Position numbers and translations under genes: made by a program
Notes under the pieces: generated by a model
Told to the model about the DNA's origin: nothing
The model's database searches: none
What the model saw: only the letters and a program-made list of their open reading frames with translations
Shown here: positions 42,137 through 56,932 of the stretch, piece by piece
Numbering within the stretch: the stretch's first letter is position 1
Layout: each line of letters starts with the position of its first letter
NCBI RefSeq assembly: GCF_009914755.1
Contig: NC_060925.1
DNA length: 64,000 nucleotides
From: the human T2T-CHM13v2.0 reference genome, Homo sapiens
Strand: one strand, 5' to 3'

Positions 42137-43885
42137 GTCTAGATTCCTATCAAATTAGATTTTACAAAATCTGCTCTTCCATGGTTAACTTCAGACAAAC
42201 TGATGGACAAAACCAATGGTGAAGTCAGAGTTAGTCAACGCAGAGGAAATGGATGTAGATCACGCTAATATTCCTTAGGGCAGTAGCTCTCCGCCCTGGG
42301 ATGATTCTGATTCAGAAGTGCTGTGGTAGGGCCCAGGGAAAGTGCATTTTAACAAGCCACTTTGACAGACTGATGAACAGTGGACAAATGCAGTGCTCCC
42401 TGGGCCCCTCTAAGAAGCAGTACCAAAGATAAAAGTTAATTTCAAGTCACTATAGATAGAGTATTATGCAAATAAAAGATTATTTTTTATGTTCCTCACA
42501 CTTTCACCAAAAGAAACAGATACCCCTAACCTGCCATATGAGCTCCTTCTTATCCACCTGATATTTGTCTTTCTAGATTATGTGATTTTTGTGAACAGGA
42601 CAGTCCATGAACCCTGTGGCTGCTATGTCTTCAGAGATTACAGGCAGCTCTCAGCACCTGAGCTTTCGTGCATGTTTTGAGTCCCATGATCCTCTGGCCA
42701 TGACTAGGCCAAGAATATGTGCACATGCCAAAGACAATGACCTTCAGGAGAGACGTCAAGGACTCCAGCTGCCTCAGTCGGGGCCTGGCTGAGCCCTCTG
42801 CCCCGCAGACTTGCCCTCTGGTGAACCAGCCAATCCAAGCAGACTGTCCCTGCTGAGCAGCTGGGAGTGTGAGACCCAGAGAGAGAAGAACAAGGGAGGC
42901 ATGGCTGCAGGAGAAGGACAGGCAGAGAGCACAGCTGGGTCAGGTTCAGCCTGGGTTAGTGGCTGGCATGGGAAGATGCCTGGTCTCCAGAGCTGCTGAG
43001 GGTGACAAGGGACATGCTGCAGTTCTCCTTGGGCGTCACAGGGCAACTTCCAGGATGTTTCAGAACGTCCTCATCTCCTTGATCTCCTTACGAGTAATCC
43101 CATCAACAAGACAATCTGAGCATGTTCTCAGTTCCCACAGCAAGAGCTAAGAAGCAGATCAATGAAACTGGTCATGTGGATTCCCACACTACTCCAAACT
43201 TACTGGGTCTCAGCTCAATTCTCATTTATTTCTCATGTTTTCCCCTTGAAGGAAATTCACAAGAATGCAACCAGTCCTTTGGAGTTAGTTGTGGTAGGAT
43301 GCGACTGGCAAACCTAAGAGGCATCCTGGCTTTTCTCATTTCACCCACCCATGTCTAAACCCCTAGTGAGTCTGCAGTGGCTCTACTTCCAAAGCATCCC
43401 TATAACCCAACAACTCTCTCCATCCCATTGCCAAAACTCAAATCATACAACTATCTTCTTGCATGAACTATTGAAGTGGCACATCATGGTCTTTTTTCCA
43501 CTGTTGCTGCTCTAAAATCCATCCCCTACACAGCAGATCATGTCCCTACTTAGAACCTTCTAGGAGCTTCCCAATACCAATCCTTACCAAAGCCTACAAG
43601 AGCCTATAGGATTGGGCCTTGCCCTTCTCTTCAGCTTCATCTCCCTCCACCCTTTCAATAATTCCCGCCCAATGGCCTTCATTTTGTTCCTCCAACACAA
43701 CAAGCTTATTCCTGTCTCAGGAAATTTGCACCTGCTCTTCCTACTGCTAGGAATACTCTTCCCGACACATCTGCACAGCTGCTTCCATCTCATTTGGGGT
43801 TTCCCTCAAGGGTTACCTCCTCAGTGAAGCCTTCCCTGAATACTCCAGCAAAGGCAGCCCCTCAGTCACCCTGTCCTACTTTTTG

Positions 43886-44220
<335 letters not shown>

Positions 44221-46739
44221 TAACCCCTGTTAGCACCGGACATTGCCCTGTTCACTTACCTGTTCCTTGTTTAATTCTATCTCCTATTCTAAAATACAAG
44301 ACTTACAGGCAAGCACACTGGCTTTCTTCCCCCTGAATCCCTAGCCCTGGAACAGTGCCTGGTACCCAGTAGGTACTTGATGAGTGTCACCTGCCTGCCT
44401 GGCCAGTATTTATTCCACATGGCACCACCTCTGGGGATTCTGGCCATCTCTGTCTCTCCCATTGCCTTCTATCTTAGCAACAATCTCAGGAAGGTGGTTC
44501 CTCTCAGCCCTGCAGGGGCCCAGGCTAAGCCTCAGTGCATTGCATATGGACATCTGAATACACCTTTGCTTTGGAATACCATGTTCCAGCTCTCCTTTCA
44601 GTCCATGAAAGGAACAGGAATTCTGCCCCTTTGACACAGATGGCCCGGTGAATTCCTTGTATTCTTTTTGTTTTTCAGGACTTATATATATATTTTAATT
44701 GAACTTGTTGAGATAATTGTAGATTCACACAGAGTTGTAAAAAATAATACAAAGAGATCTCAGGTACTTTTCCCTCATTTTCCCCCAACGGTAACATCTT
44801 GCAACACTATATTATATCACAATATCAGAATCCACATAATGTCATCGACAGAGGCAAGATTCAGAGCATTTCCATCGCACAAGGATCCCTCATACTGTGC
44901 TTTTATAACCACTCCCATCCCTCTAGGCTCCACCAGGACAACCAAAAAGCTGTCTGTTCCCCCTTCCTATAACTGTGTCATTTCTTCACTCCTTGCCTTC
45001 TTTCCACACTTTCAGACCACATGGCATTGCTGTCAGGATGCTTGGCTGCCTCATATCCGCTTGTGGTCGGCCTCGGATCTGGCCTCCCCTTCCCTCCTGA
45101 GCCACATTGTCTCGTCCTTACCCATAAATGGCACCCTGATTTTTTAGGACCTGCTTTCTAATTCATCAAGAACATTTCAGATTTATCACCATCCTCCTAG
45201 GGAGGCAGCATCTCCCTGTGCAAAGAACACAGGCTTTGAATCCTACTCTCTACCTCTCCGAGCCTCAGTTTTCTCATCTATAGAATGGAGTCAATAATAC
45301 CAGTATCAGGGATCCATGGAGAATAAATGACACAGTGAGAGGAAGGACTCTGCCCAGTGTCTGGCACATAGCAGGCACATGCTAGGAAGGGTAATATGCA
45401 CAATTTAGGATTACCTACGAATCTCAGTCAGTCTGCGAAACAACAATAGCAACTAATCAAAACACCATTTCCTGATGGGATTAAAATCAGAAAGAGCATC
45501 TGATCAGAGAGCAGATATCCCACAGTGTTAATAGCTGACAACTGGACCAAATTATCTTCTTTCAAGAAGGGTGTCAAGGATGTCAGGGGGTTGGGGGTCC
45601 AGGAATAGATCCTCAAAATCTTCCAATTGACAATATTCATCAATTTGCTGTGTGACCTTGTCAAGTTTCTCTACCTCTCTGAACCTCCAGTTCTTGGTCT
45701 GCCACAGGGATGCCAGCCTTGACCTGTGATTTCCTCACCCTATGCTACAGGGTCCACAGAGGAGGGAAGGTGGAGCCCTGAGAAGGTCTCTGGCCTCCTT
45801 CTCCTCCCACCTCCCCATCCAAAGCAGCACCCACCTCTGTTACTGGCTCTACATATCAAGAGTACAGGTGATCTTTCCTTTGAAGAAGAGCCTCTGGTGG
45901 TTTCAGAACTTGCAAGACCATTGTCCCGATGATTGCTGGGGTTCCTTCTGGTTCTAAAGACCTGCAGTCCTAAGTTCTCAGCTCACTCTCACGTACTGAA
46001 AACAGACAGGACTCTGCAGCAGCAACTGGTCTCAGCTCAAGCATCACTTCCTCCAGGAAGCATTCTTTGACCCAGGAGATGAAGGTAGGGCCACCTGTGG
46101 GCACCCCCAAGGCACCTCCTTTCTAAGTTGCCCATAGGAGGATTCCAGGGATGGAACTAACAAATCGCAGGGCCCAGGGCGTGAGTACTCTGGAGTGGGG
46201 CATGGGATGCTCTGTGTGTGTGACTACACATGAGTGAGGTAACCACTCACAGCCCAGATTGATGGCCACGCCTGGGGTCCAGAGGACCCCAAGTGAAATG
46301 CAGCCTGGCTGGCTGTATGTCACAGAGGATTTTTCCTAATCAAGGAGGGAAACAGAGTAACGGTCTACCTTGCTTAGCCTTGTAAGCCCCCGGTGACCAC
46401 CCTGGATGCAAATGACCTTGCCCAAACTATTAAACATTCAAACCCTCCTTCTCTTATTTTATTCTCAGGAGGGTTTAGAGCCTCACTGTCTGCCATGGTT
46501 GCCACTAGTCCTGTGTGACTATTTAAATGAGATACAATTTAAAACCCAGGTCCTTAGCCACACTGGGCATATTTCAAGTGGCATAGTGACAGAACTGTAT
46601 CCCATCATCTCAGGAAGATCGACTGCACAGTGCTGCCTAAACTGTTTGGGAATCCTGAGCCTGGCTCTCGTCGCGCCTCCTTTTATGAATCAGTTTGCCA
46701 CCGTCCCCGCCTCTTTGTCACTTGTTCCTGAAAAACCCG

Positions 46740-47188
46740 GACTGGGTTGAATAGTGTCCCCCCAACGTTCACATCCACCCAGAGCCTCAAAATGTGACCT
46801 TATTTGGAAATAGAGTCTTTGCAGATATCATTAGTTAAGATGAAGTCATATTGGAATAGAGTAGACCCCAAATCCAACATGACTGTGTCTTATAAGGAGA
46901 GGAGAGACACATGCATGGATTCACAGAGGGAGAAGGCCATGTGATGACAACAGAGGCCGAGACCTGATGACATCTCTACAAGCCAAGGTCACTAAGGATT
47001 GCCAGCAACCACCAGAAATTAGAAGAGGCACAGAAGGATCCTTCCCTAGAGACTTTGGAGGAAGCATGGCCCTGCTGACACCTTGATTTCAGACTTCTGG
47101 CCTCCAGAACCATGAAAGAATAAATTTCTGGTGTTTTAAGCCATCAGTTTGTGCTAATTTATTATGGCAGCCACGAGAAATTAATACA
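46740..47188 (+). mobile_element. MLT1C-type LTR
   Basis: GGGTTGAATAGTGTCCCCC...GTGACCTTATTTGGAAATAG...GAATAAATTTCTG...AATTAATACA. Confidence 0.85.
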
Positions 47189-47884
47189 GGACCCCATCAC
47201 GAGACCCTACATTCTCATCCAACTCTCTCCCTCAAAGACAGCCAGGACCTTCAAATCCCTTGGATATTAACCCCTGGCCAGTGACACCCACGGAGCCCAT
47301 CAGATCCTGGCCGTGCCAGCCAGCCAGTCACTGGACGACATAACCAGAGGAAGCTTGGCACTGGAAGGAGGCCAGGCATGCTGGGCTGGTGAGGCTGCCT
47401 AGGAAGGAGCCAGGAGACTCAAGTAGAGCACTCAAATTCCATAACTTTCTCTCCTTTTAATTTTAAAACAATATCAGAAGGGTTCCCAGAAAGCAACAAG
47501 CCCCAGGCCATCCAGTCAGTGGTTAAACAGTGGAGCCTGATCACTTACTTTATTAACTTGCTAAATCAAAGGGCTGTTAAAGTCTCTGTCCAGTAATAAA
47601 ATGCAGGAAGGAGCTGAATCACCCACCTATTAGTGGCAGTATTGGTGCAGTTAATGACTGTAGCCTGGAGGGCCGTGCAGACAACAACAAAGCCAGCCCT
47701 GCGTTTCCACCTACAAACCCCACCACTTCCTCTGCCCATCCCAGTGCCCCCAGCACACCTGCCCACACACACCTGTCTTCAAGAAGGCTGCATCAGAATC
47801 TGTGGTGGCTTGATTTTTAAACACACCCAGAATTTCTCCTGTCAAATACACTTCCATCCAACTCTTCCAGGATCCCACCTCCAT

Positions 47885-47935
47885 GACCCCAAACAAAAAC
47901 AAAGAAACCAAACATCCAGAAACGCGGTGTTTATT
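47885..47935 (-). terminator. Candidate polyadenylation site (AATAAA plus GU-rich downstream element)
   Basis: Minus strand reads AATAAA (47935-47930) CACCGCGTTTCTGGA TGTTTGGTTTCTTTGTTTTTGTTTGGGG. Confidence 0.55.
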
Positions 47936-48383
47936 AAATCAATTCTTTAAACAGGCAGCCAACACCAAGTTTTGACAATGCATTACAAACAGTGCAAAGC
48001 CTCCGGAGCCGAATGCTCTGTGAATATCAGTGCAGCACTGATAAGCTGGACCCTGAACCAGTATCACCCTCTGACCACACAGAGCCAGGAACAGCCCTAT
48101 TTATTTTCTTCATTCCACCTTCTCCTGCCACTTTAAAATGGGGGAGAGGGGAACGGCCTGTGTGCTGTTCTTCCAGAAGCTGGTGGAAAGACATGCCCAA
48201 AACCGCTGACTTCGTCCATGTAGCTTATCAGCAGGGCCATTTTGAACAAGTTATCTAAGCTCAGGGCCTCAATGTCCTCACGCGTAAGTGATGGCTCCAG
48301 AGGGAGTGTTCTTCTAAGACCTGGTGAGGTAAGTGTGCTTATGAGTTTGGTACATCATAAGTACTGCATTAATATTCGTTGTT

Positions 48384-48691
<308 letters not shown>

Positions 48692-50336
48692 TTATGATGA
48701 ATAATGCACCTAGTATATAGTAAGCACTCAATAATAACAGCAATAAAGTGCTGTTATTATTTCTAAAGTAACATCTAACAAAACCAGGCTCCAAGTGCCA
48801 TAAAAACTCATTATTAAATCTTTATAACAGATGCAACTCTAAAACTATCCAAATTAAACCCTTCAGAATATTCCCAGGACACCCAGAAAAGATTGAGCCT
48901 GAATCCCCCATTGGCGCTAAAAACAGGACCCACAAAGGAGCCTCGAAGTCATGTGGAGCCAGGTTTGGCAACTCACTCCCCACTGTCCCATTACTGGCCC
49001 CTCATAAAGGCTTCCTGATTTATCACTGCAGTAGGACTGAACTCTTCCACCAGGAGGTTTGCTCCATTATGCTCCATTACTCTGGCCTCATTTGAAAGCA
49101 GCCTCTGGGGCTTTATCCATGCCAATCAGGAGGTCTTGGTGGAAAGAGCTCCACGTGCCCCTGAGATAACAGAATGCTAGCTTCCCACAGCTCAGACCCA
49201 CTGAGAATCCTGAAGAAGGAGCCCAGCATGAGTTCATTCTCCTTCCCAAGAGAAAAGAGAGCAGAAAGAAAGAAAAGGAAGCAGCATTCTTTCTCATCCC
49301 TCGAGATGGTGAAGCTCCTTTTCATTTGCTTCTGAGATCTGCAAATCAGGTGGCAATTTTAGCTCTTTTTGCCCCCCGCTTCTTGCTAGAGTATCAGAAA
49401 GGCACTAAGGCCAGCAGCCTCTTTCTTCATCAGCAATTAGATCTATGGCTAGGATCTGTCTACCTGGCACTGACCTGGGGTAACCTCAGTTCCAATCTCT
49501 GCAGCTTTCCAGAAATGAGGCTTCAGTGTGGAGAAAGATTTTTGTTTCAAATAAAGGCTTTTCTTACGCTCAAAAGCAATGTACCCTGGAAATTGTTGCT
49601 GGGAGGACAGGAATGCAGGATGCAGGCCCTCAGCTGTGAAGTCCTCCCCTCCGTTCCCCGTTACCAAGCACCTCTACTTCCTCCCTAAGACCTGAGGAAA
49701 CGCTAAAAGCAGGCACAAGCAGTACACAGCAAATCCCCACATTTCACGGCATATGCGCCTTCCCAGATGACTGCATGGATACACTCCATAACACATTGTT
49801 AAAGTGATAATTAGCGATAGACTTGTTATGAATATTCCAAATACAGTTTCTCTCTACAACAGTTGATGGAGACAAAGGACATCACACGAAATGTAAGAAG
49901 TAACAGAGGGATTTTTGTGCATATATTTTTAAAAGGTCCTGGGAAAATAGCATAAATCAGAAGTTGATTTCAACAAATTAAACATTTCAGGACCCATTTC
50001 CAATGAAAGATGCATGGGCATCAGTATTTCCTCCGCAATGCTTAGGGAACACGCCATCCTCCCACAAACTCCAGTAAAGAATGTGAAACCCAATTCCAGA
50101 AGCCACTCTTCTGTTGCCCTGTTTCACAGCAGCTAGGAGTGCTAAAGACGGGTAGTTTAAGAAAAAAAAAAAACAGAGGAAATGCTGAGGAATAAGGAAG
50201 AAAGTAACTACAGCCAACGTGACTCACCCTTTAAAAGTAAAAGAGAAAAGGCTTCTATTCATGTTTAACATTTCTCCCTCTAAATGAAATTTCTGGAGGC
50301 CCCAAATCTGCCCCCACACCTTTACACACATTCTGA

Positions 50337-50564
50337 TTTTTTTTATTATACTTTAAGTTTTAGGGTACATGTGCACAATGTGCAGGTTAGTTACATATGT
50401 ATACATGTGCCATGTTGGTGTGCTGCACCCAGTAACTCGTCATTTAACATTAGGTATGTCTCCAAATGCTATCCCTCCCCCCTCCCTGTGTGGGGCCTCC
50501 ACAACAGGCCCCAGTGTGTGATGTTCCCCTTCCTGTGTCCATGTGTTCTCATTGTTCAATTCCC
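50337..50564 (-). mobile_element. L1PA (about PA3-4) 3'UTR fragment with TSD
   Basis: PolyT plus ATACTTTAAGTTTTAGGGTACATGTGCAC; TSD CTGATTTTT at 50333 and 50564, followed by AAA (TTTT/AA endonuclease site). Confidence 0.93.
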
Positions 50565-51978
50565 TGATTTTTAAATTCACAGTGATTTTGCTCCACATGG
50601 GACAATGTTGATACCAATGACACACTCCCTCCTCTCATTGCCTGCTTCACCAGGGTGGATGAAAGACTTCAGGCAGCCAAACTGAGGATAGTAAAGAGGG
50701 GAGGGAGCCTCTGACACCAAGGAACAAAAGAAGGAGACCCAGCCCCACCAAGTCCACCTCCACTGCAAACTGAGAATCAGTTCAGCCAAGGGGCATGGAA
50801 AACAACAACCCCTTCAGGGCTGAAAGGGAGCAGCACACTAAACTAACAAGGAGAAGAACGCAATGAACAGTGCTGCTGCATCTCCTCTGTGAACATCAGG
50901 GATTCTGGACTTACTCAGATAGAATGTTCTATTTTAAGGATGAACCTGAGCTCTTCTAGTCCAAGAGGGAGACACAAGTAGCAACACACGTTATCATGCA
51001 CACAGAGTCCTCTGCAGGCAAAGGCGCCCTTCTCCTCCCCAGCAGTATCGCTAGACGTCATCCGATGCCACTTCTTACCTTAACTGCTCGCAGGGTCACA
51101 GGGCTTGAAAACCACAGTGTTGGGGACAGCCCTAGAGCCATTTAAGTACACCCCTTTCATTTTCTAAGTGGGGAAACTACAAACCATAGAGGCTGAATAA
51201 TGTGCTCAATTCAAAAGGCTTGAAAACAAGTGCCAAGGTTGGTGTAAAATCTAGGACCTTCAAGTCTCAATCTTAGTCCACCCTCTACAACAATGTTCCC
51301 CGCTTTTCCCCTTATTCAGACTAAACTAACATCCAAAGCATAGAATTATCTTGAAGGAGTAACATTAAACATCAGGATCAAAATATAAAGAAAGGAAAAT
51401 CTAACATCTCATATAGAATAATCTCAGCACTATACCTAGAACACACCAGCTGACCTGGGCTTCTTTGGGTCCTGAGGGAGGCCAGCCAGGGGCAGAGGTC
51501 ACCAGGAACAGCCTGGAGAGGGGAGAAGAGGGCCGCTGGAGGCCTTCAGGGCTCAAGCTTCTGCCACAGGGCCTTTGCACTGCCTCTTCCCTCTGTGGGA
51601 GCTCCATCCCTGGGCATCCACAGGGCTCACTCCCTCACCTCCTTCGCATCTATGCTCATAGGCCCCATTCTCTATGTAGCCTCCCCTGACAACTCACTGG
51701 AAAATTTCCCTTGATAGTCCCCATCTCTTGCACCCTACTTAAGTTTTTCCATGGTATTTATCACTTTCTAAGAGACTACAATATGTTTATTCTCTACCAC
51801 CTTCCATTTTAAATAATATCCATGAGGACAAAGAGTTTTGGTTCACTCCTCTATCTCCTGGGTCTACAATAGTGTCTGACACATAATAGGTGCTCAGTAA
51901 ATAAATACTAGTAGAATGGATGAATGAGTGCTCATTCCTTCACTGTCTCCATCAGCAACAACCACCTACACACCTCCT

Positions 51979-51990
51979 ATACACACACAC

Positions 51991-52030
<40 letters not shown>
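51979..52030. repeat. (CA)n microsatellite
   Basis: About 25 units with one CG interruption. Confidence 0.97.
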
Positions 52031-52032
<2 letters not shown>

Positions 52033-52328
52033 CTCTTTCTGCCCTTTTCTCTCTTCTTCACCTATACCCCAGGCCTGCCACTAGGAACAACAGGGATAGT
52101 TTAGGTTAAACTTAGAACATTCAGTAATAATATTGCCAAGCCTTCCATTAAAAACTCATGTTTTATATACATATATGGTTTTATAGGCACAAAAACTCTA
52201 GAAGGATACACATTAAACTGATATCACTAGGTGTCCCAGGGAACTAGATGGCTGGGCATGTAAACTTTTCACTCTATATGCTTTTATACTATTTGAATTT
52301 TGAACTATATGAATGTAATTACCTGTCA

Positions 52329-52709
<381 letters not shown>

Positions 52710-52954
52710 TCACATCATCTTAATACAAATTTTTCAGGGTGACGGTCACTAGAATGCTGTCAGCCCTGGATTAGATAGTGAAATATGGTAACATTCTCCT
52801 TTTCTCTCATCCCCCAATTTTCTGAAATGTGCATGTTACTTTTACAATGAAATATTTGAAAAAGTTTCCATTGTGCAGAAGGATATGAATTAATGCAAAT
52901 TTCCCTACATACATAAAACATGGAGACTTTGTTTCAACTCATGAATCCATTTAC

Positions 52955-53140
52955 CTTTCATTCTGTTAACTCCTGTTGGATTTTTCATTTAATAGATTTC
53001 AGAGGAAGTTGTCTAAGATGGTGCCAGGTCACCAGAGGTGCCAATGCAGGACACAGGCAATGCCGTCAAGGTTGTATCCGGTGAGGATGACCACAAGCAA
53101 GCCAGGCTCATAGCCTAAAGGATACACCTGAACGTGTTCG
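52955..53140 (-). other. Candidate internal exon (186 nt) of an unidentified, probably non-coding transcript
   Basis: Acceptor cccattcctcacag|CG and donor AAG|gtaaat; non-repeat sequence; stops in all three frames. Confidence 0.3.
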
Positions 53141-56100
53141 CTGTGAGGAATGGGCCAGAGGATTATGTGATGTTTCATATTTTTTCCTTGGGACTTTCAG
53201 ATTTTTCCAAGTTTTCTGCCCTGAGATGCATTACTGAACTTCTGTTTTTCCTCTTACTACACTGTGAAGTAAATGTGTGTGATGAGTCACTGGCCTTTGC
53301 CAGGCTGTGATCTTCCCAAGAATGAAGTCCCTATTTAATTCATCTTTGTCTTCTCAGCCTCTTGCCTGGTGCCTTGCAACAGCGGCTCCTCCATAGATGG
53401 GTAATGAAAGAATGAACAAATGACTGTTTCTCAGCATCCAATGAGCACTCATGGGATATAGCCACATACTAACCCCAAAGAGACAACACCACTCCCTCAT
53501 TCACTGCCTGCTCACCTCAGTCATCATTCATGGGTATTCCCTGTTCCAGGCAAGGCAACGGAAGCCAGAGCCACCCAAGTGTGGCTATATAAAGGCATCC
53601 AGGAAAGGGCATATGTGGCCTTCCCAGCAACCTAGTCTCTCATGCATTTGGGTTCTGAGCAGTTAATGCTGGCTCCATACTTTGACATCTTTGTAACTTT
53701 TGCAAATTTTCTTTTGATTCTTTTCTGGGGATTCATCTTAAGGAAATAATTAGTCATAGGAAGAGGAAACTAAAACCACATTTATTAATGCTGTTTAGGT
53801 GGAGAAAAGTTGGAAACAACCTAAACATCAAACCATAAGAGATGAGGTAAACAAAGGATGCTGTAGCTATGTAAATGAGTACTCTTACATTACAATTGCT
53901 GTAAACTAAGCTTGTTGCTCTAGAAAGTTGTTCATATAAGATATTAAGTGCCAACGTGTTTTATGAAAGACTATACATGATATTGTGACACTACACTTAC
54001 ATTAAAATATATGTGTACATATTATATATGTATGATACTATATGACTAAATGATCATCTTGTCTTTGGGGTAAGTAGGATTTGGAAGTAGCTTTTTCTTC
54101 TTTTTATTTGTCTACACTTCCAAAGTTTTTGTAACAAGCATGTGCTGCTTTGCAATAATGAAAAATAGCAATGCTAACATTTAACTGAAAAAAGAAAAGC
54201 ACAATTATCCTGGAGTAGGGCAGGCACTAAAAAGGCGGGAGTAAGAGCGATGAGAGTAGAACGCTGAGCTGAGGCTGGCCTCCTTCACGGCCACCTTCCT
54301 CCAGGGGTGGATCCGTGTTCCAGTCACCTCCAAACACACAAAGATGTCAGTGCCACAGACCATACTTTCTCTCACACATCCAGTCAAAGCACCAGGAGGG
54401 GACAGAGTCACCACAGTGCAAGTCTCAGCTGGGATTGGGCAGGGGAGAGGAGAAGGGCATCAAGGAGCTGACCAGGAGACACACTGATCTGGCCAGGCAG
54501 CCTCTTGCAGAAGTGGATCCCGTTAACAATGAAACAGATATGACATGAACTTGGCAACTTCTGAGAACAGGAATGTCTAGTGGTGCTTCTAGCCTAAAGT
54601 GACCCAGTTTCAGATAAGACAGTTTAATCCAGAACTCAGAGGGAGAAAAGATTAATATTTTCTCCTAGGGAAGGATACCCAGAGCTACCACAGCTGAAAT
54701 GGGAATAACATGCTTAAAGGTGGATATGAGATGGCCAAAGTCCCATGAGGAATGGCCTCCAGGTATGATGAAATCCAGTGCAGGAGGGAAGGTCTCTTCT
54801 CATAGTATCCAATTGCAAAACTGGTCAAAATTCAACCATTTTCTCAGGGTTATTCTAAAAGCTGTTGGACTTGTACTGCTTCTTTGGCTTCTCTGGCTCT
54901 TGTTCCAGCTTTTGCAGTTACAAAATGAGAAAGACCTCGCTGTGCTGTCCTCCATTCAGTGGGTTCTGGATGGATTGCCAGATGATGTGAAGGGCTCTTG
55001 GTCATGGCTGGTACCTGCAAACACGGAGAGTGCTTATCACCATTGGACTCTACTGTGCCATTTCCATCATGTCAATCATGGATAGACATGAGATAAGGAG
55101 GATGGAATCGGCAGTGGGCAGGACACAATAGGAAGCGAGGGAGGGGAGAGGGCAACAGGGTGGAAGGGTAGAGAGAATTGCAGGAAGAAGGAGGGACCCA
55201 GGAATGGCCCAACATCCTCAGAGATGAAAGATTACAGAAAGAGGGCAGAAGGCGAGAGCAGAGAGGCCATGCCAGCTTGGGCTGGAGCAGTCAGATTCCT
55301 CACCACACCCTTGTCCCTGCTGTGCCCATCTGCTGCCCTTTCTTTGCCTTCTGGCCCTGTAGGAGCCATCCCAGCCCCACATCCCAAGCCCTACCTGTGA
55401 CTACCCCTCCCCTAAGCCCTACCAGAGAAATGAACTTACTTCTACCCTTCGTGGGCCGCATGCCTCCAGCTCCAGCTCTTCTTGGGGCTCCAGAGTGTGC
55501 CAGTTTCCCTTCAAGCACCAGTGTCCTCAACCTCTGGCATGGTATTGGAATCTGTGCCTTCAGAACCTCCTTTCTTCCCATTCTTCAGGACGTTTGTCCC
55601 TCGACTGGACAAGATCCAGCAGGAGTGGGCAACACAGGAACAAATCCGAGACACCAGACTGAGAGGGACAGGAAGGGGAAACACGGGGCAGTCCTGGGTG
55701 ATCTGGACCATCTGGTCACCTCATTCTAGTTCACGAGTGGACATTTAGATAAGGGAAACCAAACTGAATCAGAACTCTAAACTCAGTGTGCAGCAGGGTC
55801 ACCAGATTGCTTATTCTATGGCACCTGAGACCTTTCATCACCACTGATCTTCACGACAGATGCACGCAGATATATCTACCAAGGACTTAGAAACCCAAGA
55901 CAGTTTCATACTTTAAAAATGTGTGGAAACTAACCATGCACAAACTTCTCCAATTACATCAGTCTCCCCAGAAGCACATCCAACAGCACTCTGTCACAAC
56001 TTCTGGAAGCAGCCTGCCTCCTTGCTAACCCCTCCTCCATGCAGATGCTCACCTAGAGGAGTGGATGGGACATAATACCAAGGAGGAGAGTGTGGGTCCA

Positions 56101-56239
56101 GTCCTAGCACAGGCCAGGAACATTTTCTGCTTTAGAGTCACAGGACTGTTCACCAAGCCAAGCTGAATAAACATCTTATTGCAATATTTGCACAGACATG
56201 CAACTACTTGCTGTGACCATGACAGTGACTGGAATGTAA

Positions 56240-56572
<333 letters not shown>

Positions 56573-56591
56573 TAAAGTACATACTCTACTC

Positions 56592-56777
56592 TAGTGGTTC
56601 CTAAACTTTAGCATGCATCAGAATCATTTGTAGACTTTGTTAAAACACAGAGTTTTGGTTACACTCCTACGGTTTTTTAATCAGTAGGTCTGGGGTGGAG
56701 GCTGACAGCTAGAGTTTCTAACAAGTTCCCAAGCCCAGCTATTGCTGGTCCAGAGACCACACTTTGAGAACCACTGG
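56592..56777. mobile_element. MER5A hAT-Charlie MITE
   Basis: AGTGGTTCCTAAACTTTAGCATGCATCAGAATCA ... CCACACTTTGAGAACCACTG terminal inverted repeats. Confidence 0.85.
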
Positions 56778-56887
56778 TCTACCACCAACAGTGTTCAATA
56801 GTATCACCTGTCTTATATCAAAGGAACCACTAATGACTCACTTGCACTCAGCCCTGTAACCTCATCCAAAGCAGAGGCACAGAAAAG

Positions 56888-56932
56888 GCCACCACACACA
56901 CAAAGAAAAACTGTTTACAAAATGTTTTTATT
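56888..56932 (-). terminator. Second candidate polyadenylation site
   Basis: Minus strand reads AATAAA (56932-56927) AACATTTTGTAAACA GTTTTTCTTTGTGTGTGTGGTGG. Confidence 0.5.

Noticed and set aside
48221-48245. miR-21 gene or paralogue
   Set aside because: The match stops after 11 nt and there is no local pre-miRNA hairpin.
54699-55729. 128-aa and 183-aa ORFs
   Set aside because: No recognisable domain and no supporting exon structure; the nearby splice signals point to the opposite strand.
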